Positions 32,403 through 34,925 of a DNA stretch of 34,925 nucleotides are shown one piece after another (position 1 is the first letter of the stretch; each line of letters starts with the position of its first letter). The DNA lies in assembly GCA_900317575.1 (NCBI GenBank), contig ONHH01000107.1:1-34925 (forward strand), read 5' to 3'. Position numbers and translations under genes: made by a program. Below the pieces are notes generated by a model, which searched no databases, was not told where the DNA came from, and saw nothing but the letters and a program-made list of their open reading frames with translations. The DNA comes from an uncultured Bacillota bacterium. GTDB lineage: Bacteria; Bacillota_I; Bacilli_A; ML615J-28; CAG-313.

Positions 32403-34199
32403 ATGAATAAAATCTTCCCAATTCCTCACGAATTCGTGACCTTATCTGGTCAAATTGAAAGCGCTTTATTAAAAACAGTTGACTTAAGTTGCTTCGATGA
32501 TTTAATAATTCGTGAAGAATTAAAAAAAATTAATCCTCATTTTAAATATGCACATTCTGCTGATATCAGTTTTATTCAATCAAAGCTAGATATTGAAGAA
32601 TTTAAGATTGAAGCAAAGAATAATCGCATTCGTATCTTTGTAGCTACACTTAATGCAGCCTATTATGCTATTCAAGTATTAAAGAAATTCTTAATTCTCG
32701 AGCAATTCGAATGTTTCTATCTTCACGATTATCCTGATTTAAAGATTCGTGGTTTAATGCTTGATATATCAAGAGATAGAATCTATAATCTTGATACTTT
32801 AAAAAAGATAGTTTATGATATGTCAGTCTTAAGAATCAATCATTTAGAATTATATGTTGAAGGCTTTAGTTTTGAACTTGAACATTTCCGAGATGAAATA
32901 AATATTTACAATAATTATATTACGTTAAAAGAAATCAAAGAATTAGAAAAATATTGTAATGATCATTTCATCGATTTAGTACCAAATCAAAATGGATTTG
33001 GACATATGGCAGAATTCTTAAAATTAGATAAATATCATAAATTAGCTGAAGCTGAAGATGGAATTTATCTTTGGGGAGCTAATAGGGAACCAGCTACTTT
33101 AGATTTTAGAAATCCAGCTTCATTTGAATTAGTGAAAAAATTATATCAGGATATGATTCCTCATTTCAAATCACAATATTTCAATATGGATTTTGATGAA
33201 CCAATGGAACTGGGTAAAGGGAAGAACCAAGCATATATTGAAGAACATGGTGAAGCAAATGCATATCTTGAATATTTTAATAAATTACGTGCAGTTGTTG
33301 AAGGATATGGAAAAATACCAATGCTGTGGGGAGATGTCTTAATCAAACATAAAGAAGCATTAAAGATGATTCCCAAAAATGTAATCTTTATCGATTGGGG
33401 CTATGATCATAAATATGATTTTGAAAGTCACAGTAAATTACTTCAAGAAAATCATGTCCAATTTATGAATGCACCAGGAACTTGTACTTGGGCAAACATT
33501 GTTGGTAAAGATATTGATATGATTGGATCAATCGATCACGCAACTTCAGCTGCTAAAAAATATGGAGCGCTCGGGGTGATTAATACCGATTGGGGTGATT
33601 TTGGTCATCTTCAAGCACTATCATCAAGCTATCCAGGATATATTTATGCTGCCTGCAATAGCTGGAGCACCCTTGATAAAAATGCTATTATCTATGTTTT
33701 AAATGAATTCTATAATCCTAAGCTTGCTAGTATCATTATCGAACTTATGTCTTATTCTAATTTAGATGAATATCGTGGTTATGGTAATACATTATTCTCA
33801 GCTATTACTAATAGTTCATTAGCTGAAAGATATCAAGATAAATTAGCTTTCTTTATGGAAAAGATGAATACTAATTATATTAGAGATGAAATATATCAAA
33901 AATATTTAGAATTCTTTAATGACAAATTAGAAAGATTAAAACAATTAGATGCAACAATTGATCGTGATGAATTGATTAACAATGTTGAATTATTAATTAT
34001 TCTCAATAAAATCAATCATAAATTGAAATTAAATTCTTCAGTAATGGAAGAAATAAACGAATTGGATAAATTTAGTATTAGACAAAAAGAATTATGGCCA
34101 ATTCATTCTAAGATGAATGGCTACTATCTAAGCAATAAAAAAATACAAAATTTAAAACAGATTCTTGAAAGCTATCAAGAATCTATGGAAAGGAAATAA
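32403..34199 (+). CDS. GH20-family beta-N-acetylhexosaminidase-like protein (cytoplasmic)
   Basis: 598 aa with no signal peptide. DYPDLKIRGLMLDISRDRI...LKKIVYDMSVLRINHLELYVEG (GH20 TIM-barrel start), NQNGFGHM, FNMDFDEPMELG (putative catalytic D-E pair), WGD. Confidence 0.7.
   Translation: MNKIFPIPHEFVTLSGQIESALLKTVDLSCFDDLIIREELKKINPHFKYAHSADISFIQSKLDIEEFKIEAKNNRIRIFVATLNAAYYAIQVLKKFLILEQFECFYLHDYPDLKIRGLMLDISRDRIYNLDTLKKIVYDMSVLRINHLELYVEGFSFELEHFRDEINIYNNYITLKEIKELEKYCNDHFIDLVPNQNGFGHMAEFLKLDKYHKLAEAEDGIYLWGANREPATLDFRNPASFELVKKLYQDMIPHFKSQYFNMDFDEPMELGKGKNQAYIEEHGEANAYLEYFNKLRAVVEGYGKIPMLWGDVLIKHKEALKMIPKNVIFIDWGYDHKYDFESHSKLLQENHVQFMNAPGTCTWANIVGKDIDMIGSIDHATSAAKKYGALGVINTDWGDFGHLQALSSSYPGYIYAACNSWSTLDKNAIIYVLNEFYNPKLASIIIELMSYSNLDEYRGYGNTLFSAITNSSLAERYQDKLAFFMEKMNTNYIRDEIYQKYLEFFNDKLERLKQLDATIDRDELINNVELLIILNKINHKLKLNSSVMEEINELDKFSIRQKELWPIHSKMNGYYLSNKKIQNLKQILESYQESMERK
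32426..32439. promoter_or_regulatory. perfect 14-bp palindrome TCACGAATTCGTGA inside the first 13 codons of the GH20 gene
   Basis: Read directly from the sequence. Unusually GC-rich for this genome. Candidate operator; function unknown. Confidence 0.3.
32456..32469. promoter_or_regulatory. cre-like site in the GH20 5' coding region
   Basis: TGAAAGCGCTTTAT matches 12 of 14 positions of TGWAANCGNTNWCA. It lies about +54 from the start codon, a position where CcpA roadblock sites are known in Firmicutes. Confidence 0.4.
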
Positions 34200-34200
34200 A

Positions 34201-34925
34201 ATGAAAAGGATAAGAAGAATTATTGTTTTCGCATTCTCATTGATATTTTCAGTAGGTATCTTTATTGGCTATTTTAATGAAGATTCAAAACTTAATCTTA
34301 AAGCCGATAGTGGTAATGTTATCGCCAATACCTCTTCAGGATATCAAGCATATGTTCAAGAAAAAACGGAATATCATCACAATAAATATGGTGAAAATAG
34401 TGATGTAACTCCAAGCCTTGCTGAAAGCATTGTAATTAAAGGTGAAGATTATATTGAAAGTCAATCTACTCTTGATATTACATCAACTGGTGAAGCTGCA
34501 ATTGAAAAATTAAATATTGCAGATTATACAGAATATGCTAACAGTGAAACTGCTAAAGCTGGAGGAACTAGTGTTGTTGCTCATCGTGGTGGAAGTATCG
34601 TTTATAAACTAACTGTTAGTGAACCAGGCTTCTATAATATATTCTTGAATTATTATACTTTTGATGGCTATTCATCAAATGTTGAGCGTAGTGCTTATTT
34701 AAATGATGAACTTCCTTTCTCGGATAGTGGCTCATTATCATTCTCCAGAGTTTGGAAAGATAAGCCTTTAACTAAAGATGGAAAAGATTATAATGTACCA
34801 GTTACAACTGCTGAAGATAATCATATCCTTGTTCAAAAAGAATGGCGTTCCGATGTTAATGGTAACCATTTAAAGCCTCAACAAATTGAAGTAGCTAATT
34901 CTAAAGTATGTGCTCCATTCAAAGA
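34201..34925 (+). CDS. N-terminally anchored extracellular protein, 3'-truncated by the window edge
   Basis: Not in the ORF track because it has no stop codon. I translated 34201-34925 and found no stop. It begins MKRIRRIIVFAFSLIFSVGIFIGYF (signal anchor). It then has a beta-rich region (SIVYKLTVSEPGFYNIFLNYYTFDGY) reminiscent of a carbohydrate-binding-module fold. The ATG lies 1 nt after the GH20 stop. Confidence 0.55.
   Translation, partial: MKRIRRIIVFAFSLIFSVGIFIGYFNEDSKLNLKADSGNVIANTSSGYQAYVQEKTEYHHNKYGENSDVTPSLAESIVIKGEDYIESQSTLDITSTGEAAIEKLNIADYTEYANSETAKAGGTSVVAHRGGSIVYKLTVSEPGFYNIFLNYYTFDGYSSNVERSAYLNDELPFSDSGSLSFSRVWKDKPLTKDGKDYNVPVTTAEDNHILVQKEWRSDVNGNHLKPQQIEVANSKVCAPFK

Noticed and set aside
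1-34925. Anti-phage defence island, toxin-antitoxin or secretion-system genes
   Set aside because: I recognised no nuclease, helicase, methyltransferase, reverse transcriptase, TIR/SIR2, AAA+ ATPase pair or small toxin/antitoxin couple. The only small overlapping pair is the STAS/kinase module, which is reported separately.

Overview
This is a low-GC chromosomal segment (well under 35% G+C by eye) that uses the standard genetic code. TGA acts as a stop (rimM ends at 14698-14700) and Trp is TGG. That fits an Acholeplasma-, Erysipelotrichia- or other Mycoplasmatota/Bacillota-like genome rather than a code-4 mycoplasma. All domain calls come from motif recognition by eye; no searches were run.

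The backbone is housekeeping: def, mscL, rpsP-khpA, rimM-trmD, rplS, a T-box-controlled tyrS, a CcpA-like LacI regulator and a malic enzyme. The classical rpsP-khpA-rimM-trmD-rplS cluster is interrupted twice. A Zn/Cd-type P1B ATPase sits between khpA and rimM. About 5.9 kb sits between trmD and rplS, carrying two lipoproteins (one an M6 metalloprotease), cvfB, a membrane protein and an orphan STAS/anti-sigma-kinase pair.

Two accessory blocks stand out.
1. A LysR-divergent five-gene operon (1719-9329) encodes three Cys-lipobox lipoproteins that share four copies of a ~130-aa module I cannot assign. It also encodes an 809-aa polytopic membrane protein with an embedded GHSAG alpha/beta-hydrolase domain, and a malic enzyme. 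This is my best candidate for an undescribed system.
2. A run of genes from tyrS to the window end encodes an AmiE/PBP4B-like serine hydrolase, a double GNAT, an M19 dipeptidase, two GHL10 (DigH/YddW-like) paralogs (one surface, one cytoplasmic) and a GH20 hexosaminidase. It reads like an amino-sugar glycan or peptidoglycan-fragment salvage route.

I found no CRISPR array, tRNA or rRNA gene, transposase, integrase or recognisable defence gene. Promoters follow a very regular TGnTATAAT extended -10 pattern. That pattern helped correct several N-terminal extensions in the ORF track.
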